Below, piece after piece: positions 1 through 13,300 of a stretch of 62,005 nucleotides of DNA. The stretch is from NCBI RefSeq assembly GCF_006345805.1, contig NW_021832236.1, forward strand, positions 1-62,005, read 5' to 3'. The position numbers and the translations under genes were made by a program. This DNA is from Octopus sinensis (Eukaryota). The notes under the pieces are model-generated. The model was not told the origin of the DNA. It did not search any database and saw only the letters and a program-made list of their open reading frames with translations. Numbering within the stretch: the stretch's first letter is position 1; every line of letters begins with the position of its first letter.

Positions 1-297
1 ATAAATGCATGTATAACTCCATAATGTGCATATCACTCACACACACACACACACAACCACACACACACACACAATATATCTATATATATAATACATAATA
101 CATACATACACCATACATACATTACATACTACACACACACACACAGACACACACACACACAATATATATATATATGTATATATATATATACACATACATA
201 CATACATACACACATACATACATACTACATACACAACACACACCACACACACACATATATTATATATAGTAGATATATATACATACTACATACATAC

Positions 298-338
<41 letters not shown>

Positions 339-900
339 CACCATATAATATATATGTATATAAGTAATATAAAAAATGTAGACACATGCACGAATAATTA
401 TATATTTATATGTTTGTATATACAGGGGTACACTCACATATATGCATATACGTACACATCTATGTATAGATGTGTAGACACACACTCACACGCACACACG
501 CATTTATATACATGCATATATAATTCCACCTTGCGCATATACTCGCATATATATATATATATATATATACACTCATATATATACGTATATAAAAATATGC
601 AGACAATGCACATGTATATTTATATGCTTGTATATAGAGGGGTACACTCACATATGTGCATATACGTACATATCTACATATCAATGTATATACATATATA
701 CACACATGCATACATATGCTCTTATATATGATTTTCTGTAACTGCATCGGCGCAAACATCTATATACATATACACATATTTACATACGGACATATACACA
801 TACATATATTTACACACCCGTATGCAAATATACATACTTATATACACCATACAAAGCTGAGTGTACTTGCGCTGTTTGTATATATATCTCTGTGCTGTTA
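1..900. repeat. Mixed (CA)n/(TA)n/(TACA)n microsatellite zone containing a diverged ~220-bp local duplication
   Basis: Simple repeats seen directly; the segment ...ggggtacactcacatat(a/g)tgcatatacgtaca... occurs at ~425 and ~640. Confidence 0.85.
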
Positions 901-2004
901 GTTTTTGCATGTGTGTTATATGCATGTGTGCATAGGGAGATATATGGACGTGCATGTGTGTGTATGTGTGATAATGGTTTCTCTTCTTTGCTTCCAAGAA
1001 TACAGACATGTTTTATTTTATCTCTGCTTTTATTTTCAATTTTGTTGGTATTGTTATTGATGTTGTTGATCTTATTGTTGTTGTGCTGTACGTTGTTATT
1101 GTTGTAGTTGTCGTCATCGTCATCGTCGTCGTCGTCGTCTTCATCCTCGTTGACGAAGATGGTACTTTGTTTTACTTCCTTATTTCTCGGAAGAAATAAG
1201 AGCATGGAGTTGCTCACTGCAATGTTCCATCTCCAATGCTCAGTAGCTGCCATTAATATGTCTTGATTTTCAAATTGGATACGAAATAAGCGAAAAAAAA
1301 GAAGAAGAAAAATGAAGAAGAAGAAAAAATGAAAAGAATAGAAAAGAAGAAAAAAGCTTTTAGGCGAAAACTCTTAGTGAGTATATTTACTAGAAATAGA
1401 TGGCTAAAATTGTGAAATAGATGTAAATGATGAACAAAAGAAAGAAAGTTTAGAAGAACAAACGAATGAACGATGTAAAGAGGGGAGTGGGAAGGACAAA
1501 GATGGAATAAAGGAGAAAATGGCGAACAGATTAGGAATTTTAATGTCTAATGAGTTTCGTCCGATATCATGTTGTTAATGAACATAGTAAAGATTTTTGA
1601 TATAACGGAACTAAATAACCGGAGCAGGTTTGCATGAATTACCCCTCGTCGTGACAGAGATGGCTTTTATAGATGTAAGCTTTTGGCATCCCTATTTGTA
1701 ACAAACCCTTCTTGTAGCTTTGAGAAGCTAATGAGTCTGGCGGATACAGTGGAGGCAGTCGGGAAATACAAAGTGTGGTAGCCAAAATAGTGGGTTATCT
1801 AAGATTTGGGTTCCAAACTCTCTCTCTCTCTCTCTCTCTCTCTTTCACTGAACGAAACTATAGTAGTTTCAGTTACGATAAAGGTATCTCTGGGCGCTGC
1901 GTCGACAATATAAATATAACGACCATATTTATCACCGTCACATATTTAAAAAAAAAAACATCGTTTCAAATCAAAAGAATATATTGGAGACTGCAGTCAT
2001 CTAT

Positions 2005-2290
2005 AGGTAACATCTATAGACACTTGCTGCCGACCGCTCATCCTGGCGCAGCGCAATCACCACAGGAGCAAAGACAGCCGAGGAGAGACGGATTCAGTCA
2101 GCAGAACAGAAACGCCAGATGCGGAAAGCCAGAGCCACCTGCACCAATAGCACAGCCCCTACCCACTTCTGCCCCACCTGTGGGAGGGGCTTTCTTGCCC
2201 GGATTGGCCTCACCAGTCACCTCCGGTCTCATAGCAGCAATTCCATCAAATGATGTCAATGGTCATCTTCGAACCCGAAGGACGAACATT
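2005..2290 (+). mobile_element. 5'-truncated RTE-clade LINE, 3' end (ORF C-terminus with C2H2-like motif)
   Basis: Frame starting at 2023 reads LAADRSSWRSAITTGAKTAEERRIQSAEQKRQMRKARATCTNSTAPTHFCPTCGRGFLARIGLTSHLRSHSSNSIK* (stop 2251-2253). CPxCGRxFxARIGLxSHLRxH is the typical RTE C-terminus; short 3' UTR ends gaaggacgaac. Confidence 0.85.
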
Positions 2291-2494
2291 ATTATAGGTA
2301 AAACGAAGAGACAGTCACACCTTAAATGCTTTTGCTCATAAAATCAAGGACGAAGAAGTAACAACATGAATAACAAAAATCGTAGCCCTCTCGTTGATAG
2401 CTATCTCCTAAACAACGTGAAACCACTGATGAGCGCTGTATATTAATATTAATTGGACGGATGGTAAATCTGGTAGAATATCACCCTTTTTCAG

Positions 2495-2871
2495 TTTTTA
2501 TTTTCTTGTACTCTTTTCAGTTATTGGATTGTGGCCATGCAGGAGCGCCACATTGAATAGTTTTAGTAGAATAGATCGACCCCATTGCATATTTATCAGG
2601 CAGGTTCTTATTGTATCAGTTTCTTTTGCTGAACCGCTAGTTTTCGGATATGTAAACCAACAAACACCGGTGGTGGTGGGACACTCAACACAAATACACA
2701 CATACACATATATAACACACATATATGACTACAAAGAGGATATAGTTTATTTTTTTACATTATTAAAACTGAAATCTCGAGACAAACTCTTGCCCATGAT
2801 GCCGCGCAGTGGGATTGAACCCGAAAGAATGTGATTGAGAGCAAACTTCTTACTACACAGCTACGCCTGCA
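2495..2871 (-). mobile_element. tRNA-derived SINE family A, degenerate copy
   Basis: Reverse complement aligns by eye with head (gcaggcgtagctgtgtagtaag...ttcgggttcaatcccactgcg) and tail (gctcc-gcatggcc) of the copies at 17545 and 58438. Confidence 0.75.
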
Positions 2872-2968
2872 TCAATTGTTTATAATCCGGTGACTATGCA
2901 TAATAGCTCTAGCTTATCACAAGAACTCTAGCTAATACAGTTCTATATTTAAGAGATAAGGAATTATG

Positions 2969-3108
2969 TACATTATTTACATTCGATGGATATTTGTCCT
3001 CATCTTGTTTGTTGTTAACAACGTTTCGGCTGATATACCCTCCAGCCTTCTTCAGGTGTTTTGGGGGAAATTTCGAACCTGGGTTCTCATTCCTAAGGTA
3101 TTTTTCGA

Positions 3109-3159
<51 letters not shown>

Positions 3160-3164
3160 CATCA

Positions 3165-3228
<64 letters not shown>
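2969..3228 (-). mobile_element. Headless copy of SINE-like family E (AAT linker plus hammerhead-bearing tail)
   Basis: Reverse complement of 2969-3110 matches 3440-3564; adjoining (TAT)n is the AAT linker on the minus strand. Confidence 0.75.
3014..3061 (-). ncRNA. Minimal type I hammerhead ribozyme motif; core intact, stem I shortened
   Basis: Minus strand: aaacac CTGAAGA a ggctg-gagggtatat-cagcc GAAA CGTT gttaac; palindromic ACGT stem III, GUU triplet, only 2 bp of stem I. Confidence 0.55.
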
Positions 3229-3229
<1 letters not shown>

Positions 3230-3243
3230 ACCACTACACCCAC

Positions 3244-3369
3244 GGGCATATGGCGTAATGTTTAAGAGCGCGGGCTACTAACCCCAAGATTCCGAGCTCG
3301 ATTCCAAACAGTGACCTGAACAATAACAATAACATTAATAATGATGATAATGATAATATAATACTAATG

Positions 3370-3438
<69 letters not shown>

Positions 3439-3564
3439 CAACATCGAAAAATATCTTAGAGAATCCGGGTTCGAAATTTCCCCAAGGCACCCGAAGAATG
3501 CTGGAGGGTATATCAGCCGAAACGTTGTGTTAACAACAAATATCCGTCGAATGTAAATAATGTA
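3244..3564 (+). mobile_element. SINE-like family E: tRNA-like head, (AAT)n linker, hammerhead-bearing tail
   Basis: Head gggcatatggcgtaatgtttaagagcgcgggctactaaccccaagattccgagctcgattcc has degenerate box A/box B and an anticodon-like arm; tail is the reverse complement of 2969-3110. Confidence 0.65.
3486..3531 (+). ncRNA. Minimal hammerhead motif, degenerate (U4 to C; stem II closing mismatch)
   Basis: ggcac CCGAAGA a tgctg-gagggtatat-cagcc GAAA CGTT gtgtt; stem I ggcac/gtgtt pairs. Confidence 0.5.
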
Positions 3565-3929
3565 AATACCGAACTCTAACTAACGTTCAATAGGTGTTCT
3601 GCTGACCAAAATCATACAAAGATTAATATGTTAAAATGGGAAGAGTTACAGCTGGAACATCTTTGATAAAAAAACCTAATCGATCAGTGGTGTTCTGAGG
3701 TTAAGCCTGAACAATGTAAAATAACGTAGATCAAGATACACTCTGTCTCAATACGAAGGGATGGTCGCGATTGGATCAGATTTAGTCAGAAACGAACTGG
3801 GACTAAAACAACAACAACAACAAAAAAAACCCCTCAAAAAACACCACCACCACCTACAAGAACAATATTATTACCATTGGCATCATCAATATCATCCCCA
3901 CAACTACATCAATATTAATACCAAAGCTA

Positions 3930-4140
3930 AGACAGCGAGCTGGCAGAATCGTTGGCACGTCGGGCAAAATGCTTAGCGGCATTTTGTCCGTCTTTACGTC
4001 CTTGGTTCAAATTCCGTCGAGGTTGACTTTGTCTTTTATCTTTCGTGATCGTAAAATAAATACCAGTTGAGCACTGGGGTCGGCGTAGTAGATTTAAGCC
4101 TTCACCCTCAAATTGCTGGTCTTCTGCCAAAATTTGAAAA
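3930..4140 (+). mobile_element. tRNA-derived SINE family B (body resembles Deu/Nin domain)
   Basis: gcgagctggcagaatcgtt...ggttcaaattccgtcgaggttgactttgtc; matches the 17068 copy. Confidence 0.8.
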
Positions 4141-4319
4141 CGATATTAATATCAAAAATCACTTACAACAATATTATCACCTGTGATATCATCAATATCA
4201 GCACCACTACAATATTATCACCAACATCACTACAAACATCATCATCAACAGCAACAACAACAACAACAAATGTGTCAGCAATAATAGCGAGAACACCACC
4301 ACTACCATTCACCACCATT

Positions 4320-4850
4320 ACCATTCGCCACCACCACCACCACCACCGCCGCCGCCACCACCACCACCACCACCACCATCGTTCAGCACCACCACCACCA
4401 CCACCATCGTTCACCACCACCACCACCACCACCACCATCGTTCACCACCACCACCACCACCCACCACCACCACCATCGTTCACCCCACCACCACCACCAT
4501 CGTTCACACCACCACCAACCACCACCACCACCATCGTTCACCACCACCACCACCACCACCACCACCATCGTTCACCACCACCACCACCACCATCGTTCAC
4601 CACCACCACCACCACCACCACCATCGTTCACCACCACCACCACCACCGTCACCACCACTACCACATCTATCATCACCATTATCATCGTCATCATCATCAT
4701 CAGCAGCAGCAGCACCACCACCACCACCACCACCGTCACCACCACTACCACATCTATCATCATCATCATTATCATCGTCATCATCATCATCATTATCATC
4801 ATCATCATCATCATGATCAGCAGCACCACCACCACCAACAACAACAGCAT
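4320..4850. repeat. (CAC)n/(CAT)n trinucleotide array with recurring accatcgttc interruptions
   Basis: Seen directly; accounts for the poly-H/T/P ORFs. Confidence 0.9.
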
Positions 4851-5436
4851 TAATAGCCTACAATAGCAATACCAGCGACAGAAGGATTAAGCAACAAATT
4901 ACTGACAAATCACTACCTTATCGTCTTAAGAAAAGGCAAAAAAAAACGCATTTAGTATTGGAGTTTCAGGTATAATGAGACCGAGAAGAAGGAAAACGGA
5001 ATTATCACGGCTGAACTTCCAGGTGTGTGTGTGCAAGAGCTATCATTAGGGCTAGAACAGCGAGTACCCCCTCCTAGTACCCCTCCTACAGAAAGATATT
5101 AGTGAAAGTCTTTGGCAGCCATATAATACTTCTTCCTTCACCATGAAGAAGGATACGTTTAAAAAGTTAGAAATAATCTTAATTTTATTGAACATTGTAA
5201 TCTGTTCGGCCACTTTATTAATCCTCACAACTCCTCTCTCCATCAAAGAATATATCCCACCTCTGAATACTGGTTTACAGGTGTGGAGAAATGGCCACTG
5301 GGTCTAGGGGTGCCATCAGCATGTCTAGAGATGTTGTCATTGGTTGTCGGTAGGCCGTCATCGTAAACCTTTAATACACTTCTGCGCTAAGCTGTTTATG
5401 GTATGACATACTTCCTCTCTTAACAAAAATAAATAT

Positions 5437-5546
5437 AGGCGCAGGCGCAGCTGTCGGGTAAGATGTTTGCTTCCCAACCACATTGGTTCTGGGTTCAATC
5501 TCAATACGTGGCACCTTAGGCAAATGTCTTCTAAGCCTCGGTCTGA
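5437..5546 (+). mobile_element. SINE family A, 5' fragment
   Basis: ggcgcaggcgcagctgtcgggtaag...ttctgggttcaatctcaatacgtggcacc. Confidence 0.7.
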
Positions 5547-5805
5547 AAAAAGTAAAAGATAAAGAATAAATATGAAGAGATAATTAAATAAACAAACGCG
5601 TGGGGGTGAGATGACACAATGGATATATTTATTTCAATCAACCGACTGATCTGTGATCATGAGTTCAAATCCAGTACTGTCATATTATTGGGTGTCCAGG
5701 CTTCATTTATCACCGTTGTTAATTCCTACCCAATCGAGATTGAACAGTCATAAGGCATATATCCAAAGGTGTTTTCAGATACACACACCACACACACACA
5801 TATGT

Positions 5806-5842
<37 letters not shown>

Positions 5843-6477
5843 TATATATATATATATTATATTCCTATTTATCTGAGACTCCGTTGTCTAATGGATTCTT
5901 AATTGTAAGATAAGTGCTTGATCTGATGGAGCTTTGGGTGCTATTTCTAACAGGTCAAGCACCAGCAGCAGCAGAACCACCACCACCACCACCACCACCT
6001 CTCTCCTTGAAATACCCGATAGTAACAACATTATCATCGATATTTTTTTCCCTCTATCATTAGAAATATTAGCGGGACACGTGAATATTTCACTAATGGT
6101 AAACTTATTTATTTCTCGAAACCTTATCCCAAAAAAACCTGAAAGCATTTTGGAAAGATAGTCGCTCATTGAAAAGTGAAAGAAATTGGAATACGATGAT
6201 TACTTAATGCACTTTATATACTTTATGCTTAATTTTATAGGCTCAATACACAACACTCTCCCTCTTTCTCTCTCACTCTTCGCCTTACCCTCCTTTTTCT
6301 TTCACTTTTCGCCTTTTCCTTCAAACATTCACGTGAAAGCTTTACAGACGGACAACATAATCGAAGTAAAAAAAAAATCCTTGTTAAAAAAATACACATT
6401 TCACTAACCTTCTCCTTCTCAACCCCTCCCATTCTTCCTCTCCCTCCTCCTTAAACTAATCATGTGGAAGCGTAACG

Positions 6478-6712
6478 GACGGGCTAAGTAACGGGGTGAC
6501 GAAACAGAATTGTAGATACTTTCTACTATAGGCACGAATCTTGAAATCTTGGGTGAGGGGACCATCAACTCCATTGCTCGACCTGAAAGGCCGAAAAGCA
6601 AAGTCGACCTCTGCGAAATTTGAACTCAGAACGTAAAGACGGACGAAATGCCACTTAAAGTTTTGTCCGACGTGCAAACGATCCTGTTTGCTTGCCACCT
6701 CACCACCTTTAT
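6478..6712 (-). mobile_element. SINE family B
   Basis: Plus strand shows aaagtcgacctctgcgaaatttgaactcagaacgtaaagacggacgaaatgcc, the reverse of the family B head and body. Confidence 0.75.
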
Positions 6713-6754
6713 CATTTTGAATATCGCCATCAAACTCGGACGATTTTAGTGGTG

Positions 6755-7140
6755 TAGCAACAACAGCACCACCAGGACTACGACCGCGAACACCACCACC
6801 ACCACCACCACCACCACCACCACCACCACCACTACAACCAGCATCACCGCTGCCACAATCACCACCACAACCACCACCACCCTCACCACTATCACCACTG
6901 TCACCCCCATCCCCACCCCCAGCCTTACAACCAACATCATCGCTGTCACAAACACCACAACCACCACCACCCTCACCACTATCACCACCGTCACCACCAC
7001 TACCACCACTGATAATGCATTTGCAACCCTCCGTCAGTAGCAGCAGTTGCAGCAGCAGCAGCAGGAGCAAAGACAACAAGCAAAAAGAGCAACAGCAACA
7101 ATAAGGACAGCAACAACGATATCAGCAACATCATCAACTC
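6755..7140. repeat. (CAC)n/(CAG)n array with a ~90-bp internal duplication
   Basis: accacaaccaccaccaccctcaccactatcacca occurs at ~6862 and ~6954. Confidence 0.85.
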
Positions 7141-7569
7141 ATAGAACTCCATTTAAATTGTACGCTTTTGTGAATATAACGTTCAATGTCGGGATAATTG
7201 TTGTGTAAAAGTGAAAAATCGCCATAAAAATTGACTGCAATTGTCTTCAAGACGTTCTGAGTGTTAGAATAATCTCTTAAACATTATAGCTGTCTTGAAA
7301 AGACAAAACTTTTTATGTTGCTTTCACACAGTAAAGGTCACTTGTTTGTCGGTTAAGTTAGACATCTCTTTGACCAATCAGTAAGGATGTATTGATATTT
7401 CATTTTGCTTTTTCCCCCTCTCTCTCTCTCTCTCTCTCTCTTTCGCTCTCTCTCTCTACCACCGTTCTCTCTTTTACTTTTTCATGTTAATAACAAAATT
7501 GAATTAAATTGATTGATCTGCCCAAGTTAATCATCATCAGCTGCGATAATAACAACAATAAATACATGA

Positions 7570-7574
7570 CCAGC

Positions 7575-7623
<49 letters not shown>

Positions 7624-7700
7624 TATAATAATAATAAAAATGATGATGATGATGATGATGATGATAATAATAATAATAATAATAATAATATAATATAATA

Positions 7701-7740
<40 letters not shown>

Positions 7741-7773
7741 TAATAATGTAATAATAATAAATAATAATAATAA

Positions 7774-7826
<53 letters not shown>

Positions 7827-7865
7827 GTAATAATAATAATAATGATGATGATGATGATGATGATG

Positions 7866-7924
<59 letters not shown>

Positions 7925-7945
7925 AAGAAGATGAAGAAGAAGAAG
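7570..7945. repeat. (AAT)n/(GAT)n/(GAA)n compound microsatellite
   Basis: Seen directly. Confidence 0.9.
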
Positions 7946-9112
7946 GGAGCAATAATGATTTATTTATTGGCCACAGAGTCCCACCGCATCAAATAGAAGC
8001 CATTTCATACAAAAGGGATTATAAACATGTTGACTGTATGCGCATGCGCATGTGGGTGCCTTTGTGCATTTGTGTGTACGTACTGTAGGCTGTGATAAAT
8101 GTATAGGCTGGGTAATAAAACGCAACGTTAATTTCTCTTGTAATAACTTCCTGAAAAATTATCCAAAATAAATTAAAGCTTTTTCTCACTATTTTGTAGG
8201 CACTTACTTCTTCTTTAGCTAATATTATGGTTTTCATTCCATTAGGCCTGGATTTGATTAAATTATCAATGACAAATTGATCCTCTTTCATCCAGTCTTT
8301 GAAAAATGCTTGTTTCATTTCAGAAATGAACAATTCTACGCAAAATCTTCTGTCAAGATGTTTTCATAGTGTTTTTATTGGATTAAAATTTGAGATCAGG
8401 GTTTTGAGAAAATGACATCAGCGGTTTGATCTTACGATCTTTTCTTTTCCAAGTTTGTATGGTTTAGAAACTCCATCTGATAATAGCGGAGTTTTCTTAT
8501 CAATTTCTACTTTGGAACAACTGGAAAATAGAATTTTTCAAGTATTTGACTGTATTTATGTCCATGTGTATGATTTTCAACGCAACTTTGCTCCGACTAT
8601 GTCTGCCACCCTAAACTATCTTAATATGATACCTTAATATCATACTATCACAAGAACCAAATATGTTGTCCCCCCCCACACATAAAGTGGAAATTAATTA
8701 ATCATAATAGATAGCAACTCTAACCGAAAAACCATCCACTGCGGAGAAAGCTTATCGAGCCATGCCAATGCCATGAACAACCATAGTCGCGATGACTGAC
8801 GGCAGAAATCCTTTCTATCAATTTTTACATTGAAAATGAATGAGAAATAGACCCCTCTCAAATATTTGACAGTATTTAGGTCCATGTACATGACTTTCAA
8901 CAAAAATTAGCTCCGATATGCCTGCTGCCCAGACTACCTTCCGTATCTTAATGCCAACACTGCCAGCAAACAATACGGCTCCCATATCTCGGTTTTGTTG
9001 TGTCACACACATATCTGCCTTAGATTGGGAAAAGGCCGAATTTGCTTTTCGTCAGACCATATTTTAGAAGACTAATAACCATTTCATTTGTGGCAAGACT
9101 TTTTATATTGTT

Positions 9113-9535
9113 CCTCCGTGTGATTGTGTGGAAAGAAGATTGCTTCCCAACCACATGGTTCCAGGTTCAGTCCCATTGCGTGGCACCTTCGACAAGTGTC
9201 TTCTACTTTAGCTTTGGGCCAACGAACGCTTTGTGAGTGAATTTGATAGACGGAAAATGAAAGTGGCCCGTCGTGTGTGTGTGTATGTGTGTGAGTGTGT
9301 GTGAGACTTTGTGTCTGTGTTTCTTCCCCACCACCGCTTGACAACTAGTGCTGGTTTATTTACGTCGCCGTAACTTAACGTTTCGGCAAAAGATACCGAT
9401 AGAATAAGCACCAGGCTTAAAAATAAAAGGACTTGGGTCGATTAGTTCAACTAAAAAAAATAATAACTCTTCAAGGTGGTGCCCCAGCATGGCCGCAGTC
9501 ACATGACTGAAGCAAGCAGAAGATAAAAGATAAAG
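9113..9535 (+). mobile_element. SINE family A, near full length
   Basis: Head, internal (TG)n, and tail ggtgccccagcatggccgcagtcacatgactgaagc. Confidence 0.85.
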
Positions 9536-10091
9536 AAAATATGTCGACATATCCATAGAATTTACAACCTGTCTAAAAGTTACACTTTGCCGTTTCATGC
9601 TTGTCCTCTTTGCCTTCTTTTGAAAGTTTTCGTAGCCAGCTAGAAAGACTTTGTTTTTTTTTTAAGTCGGCAATGCCCTCCTTCAATCCATTTCTCGATT
9701 TAAGAAATTGTGCTATTTTTAATTGAATCTTCCACGATGATACCAGCCGGTGGGTTTTGTTCACGTACAAAATCAGATATCTTCTTTTCCGAATGGTCTT
9801 TTGTTTTGCGTTTTATCAAATAAAGTTTAGAATTAATCAAAAATGGAAATAGAAATGAAAACTAAAACAAAAATATATTCATTCTATAGACTTGCAAAGA
9901 AGAGAAAACGTCTGGATAAAAAAAAAAAACAACAACAAAACAAAACAAAAAACTGAAAGCTCAATAAATCTTTGAAATGTTTACTTAAGTCTATGTAAAT
10001 ATGTCTGTGTATCTGTGTGTGGTTGTGTGTACCTATGTGTCTGCGTGTTTAGATCGGATATTTATATATATATGTGTGTGTGTGTGTGTGT

Positions 10092-10129
<38 letters not shown>

Positions 10130-10229
10130 TGTATCACGGTATCGACCAGACTAACTGATGTTATTACTCACTGCTGGTCAGTCACAATGCCATTGGCATT
10201 GTTCTAGCTTTCCAATGATGCTACTAACG

Positions 10230-10368
10230 CTGGTTAGGCGGGCAGGACGACATTAACACTTTGAGGAGACACCAGTCTTGTCACTGTGTTACCCATTTGC
10301 AGCTGAGCGGACTGGAGCGACATAAAATGAAGTATTTTGCTGAAGAACACATCGCACATCCAGTCCGA
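10230..10368 (-). mobile_element. SINE family D fragment (core-like domain)
   Basis: Minus strand gtgttcttcagcaaaatacttcattttatgtcgctccagtccgctcagctgcaaatgggta resembles central domains of invertebrate tRNA SINEs; head missing. Confidence 0.45.
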
Positions 10369-10369
10369 G

Positions 10370-13300
10370 AAATACATACATACATACACACATACATACA
10401 TACATACATACATACAAACATACATACAAACATACATACATACATACATACATATATACATACATACACACATACATACATACATACATACATACATACA
10501 TACAAACATACATACAAACATACATACATACATACATACATACATACATACATACATACATACATACATACATACATACATACATACATGCATACAAACA
10601 TACATACATACATACATACATACATACACACATACATACATACATACATACATACAAACATACATACAAACATACATACATACATACATACATACATACA
10701 TACATACACACATACATACATACATACATACATGCATACAAACATACATACATACATGCATGCATGCATACATACATACATACAAACATACATACATACA
10801 TACATACATACATACATAGATACATACATGCATACAAACATACACACATACATACATACATACATACATACATACACACATACATACATACATACATGCA
10901 TACATACATAGATACATACATGCATACAAACATACACACATACATACATACATACATACATACATACATAGATACATACATGCATACAAACATACACACA
11001 TACATACATACACACATACATACATACACACATACATACATACATACATACATACATGCATACAAACATACACACATACATACATACATACATGCATGCA
11101 TGCATACATACATACATACATACACACATACATACATACATACATACATACACACATACATACATACATACATGCATACAAACATACACACATACATACA
11201 TACATACATGCATACAAACATACATACATACATACATGCATACATACATACACACATACATACATACACACATACATACATAGATACATGCATACAAACA
11301 TACATACATACATACATACATACATACATACATACATACATACATACATACATACACACATACATACATACATACATGCATACAAACATACATACATACA
11401 TACATACATACACACATACATACATACACACATACATACATACATACATACACACATACATACATACATACATGCATACAAACATACACACATACATACA
11501 TACATACATGCATACAAACATACATACATACATACATGCATACATACATACACACATACATACATACACACATACATACATACATACATGCATACAAACA
11601 TCATACATACATACATACATACATACATACATACATACATACATACATACACACATACATACATACATACATGCATACAAACATACATACATACATACAT
11701 ACACACATACATACATACATACATGCATACAAACATACACACATACATACATACATACATGCATACAAACATACATACATACATACATGCATACATACAT
11801 ACACACATACATACATACATACATGCATACAAACATACATACATACATACATACACACATACATACATACATACATGCATACATACATACACACATACAT
11901 ACATACATACATGCATACAAACATACATACATACATACATACACACATACATACATACATACATGCATACAAACATACACACATACATACATACATACAT
12001 GCATGCATGCATACATACATACATACATACATACATACATACATACATACATACATACATACAAACATACATACAAACATACATACATACATACATACAT
12101 ACATACATACACACATACATACATACATACATGCATACAAACATACACACATACATACATACATACATGCATACAAACATACATACATACATACATACAT
12201 ACATACATACACACATACAAACATACATACATACATACATACATACATACATACATTTGTACATACATACATACATACATACATACATACATACATACAC
12301 ACATACATACATACATACATGCATACAAACATACATACATACAAACATACATACACACATACATACATACATACATACATACACACATACAAACATACAT
12401 ACATACATACATACATACATACATACATACATACATGCATGCATGCATACATACATACATACATTTGTACATACATACATACATACATACATACATACAT
12501 ACACACATACATACATACATACATACATACATACATACATACAAACATACATACATACATACATACATACATACATACATACATACATACATACATGCAT
12601 GCATGCATACATACATACATACACACATACATACAAACATACATACATACATACATACATACATACATACATACATACACACATACATACAAACATACAT
12701 ACATACATACATACATACATACATACATACATACATACTACACACATACATACATACATACTACATACACACATACATACAAACATACATACATACATAC
12801 ATACATACATACATACCACATACATACATACATACATGCATGCATGCATACATACATACATACATTTGTACATACATACATACATACATACCATACATAC
12901 ATACAACATACATACAACATACATACATGCATACAAACATACATACATACATACATACATACATACACACATACATACTACATACATACATACAAACATA
13001 CATACAAACATACATACATACATACATACTACATACATACACACATCATACATACATACATACATACATACATACATACATACAAACATACATACAAACA
13101 TACATACATACTACATCATACATACATACATACATACATACATACATACAACATACATACAAACATACATACATACATACATACATACATACAAACATAC
13201 ATACAAACATACTACATACATACATACATACATACATCTACAAACATACATACACACATACATACATACATACATACATACACACATACAACATACATAC

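Noticed and set aside
810-1253. 147-aa minus-strand ORF with poly-D/poly-N
   Set aside because: Its length comes from trinucleotide and CA repeats; no recognisable domain
1775-2341. 188-aa ORF
   Set aside because: An off-frame reading across a (CT)n tract and the RTE fragment; the meaningful frame is the RTE C-terminus
2415-2440. GAAA and CTGATGA close together
   Set aside because: Only 3 nt separate them, leaving no room for stems III and I
3244-3318. Possible tRNA gene (also the heads at 33160-33234, 45755-45827 and 58967-59045)
   Set aside because: Acceptor stems do not pair and each continues into SINE body sequence, so these are SINE heads
9573-9770. Protein-like minus-strand ORF (65 aa)
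   Set aside because: No motif or convincing splice sites; could be a decayed element but cannot be supported
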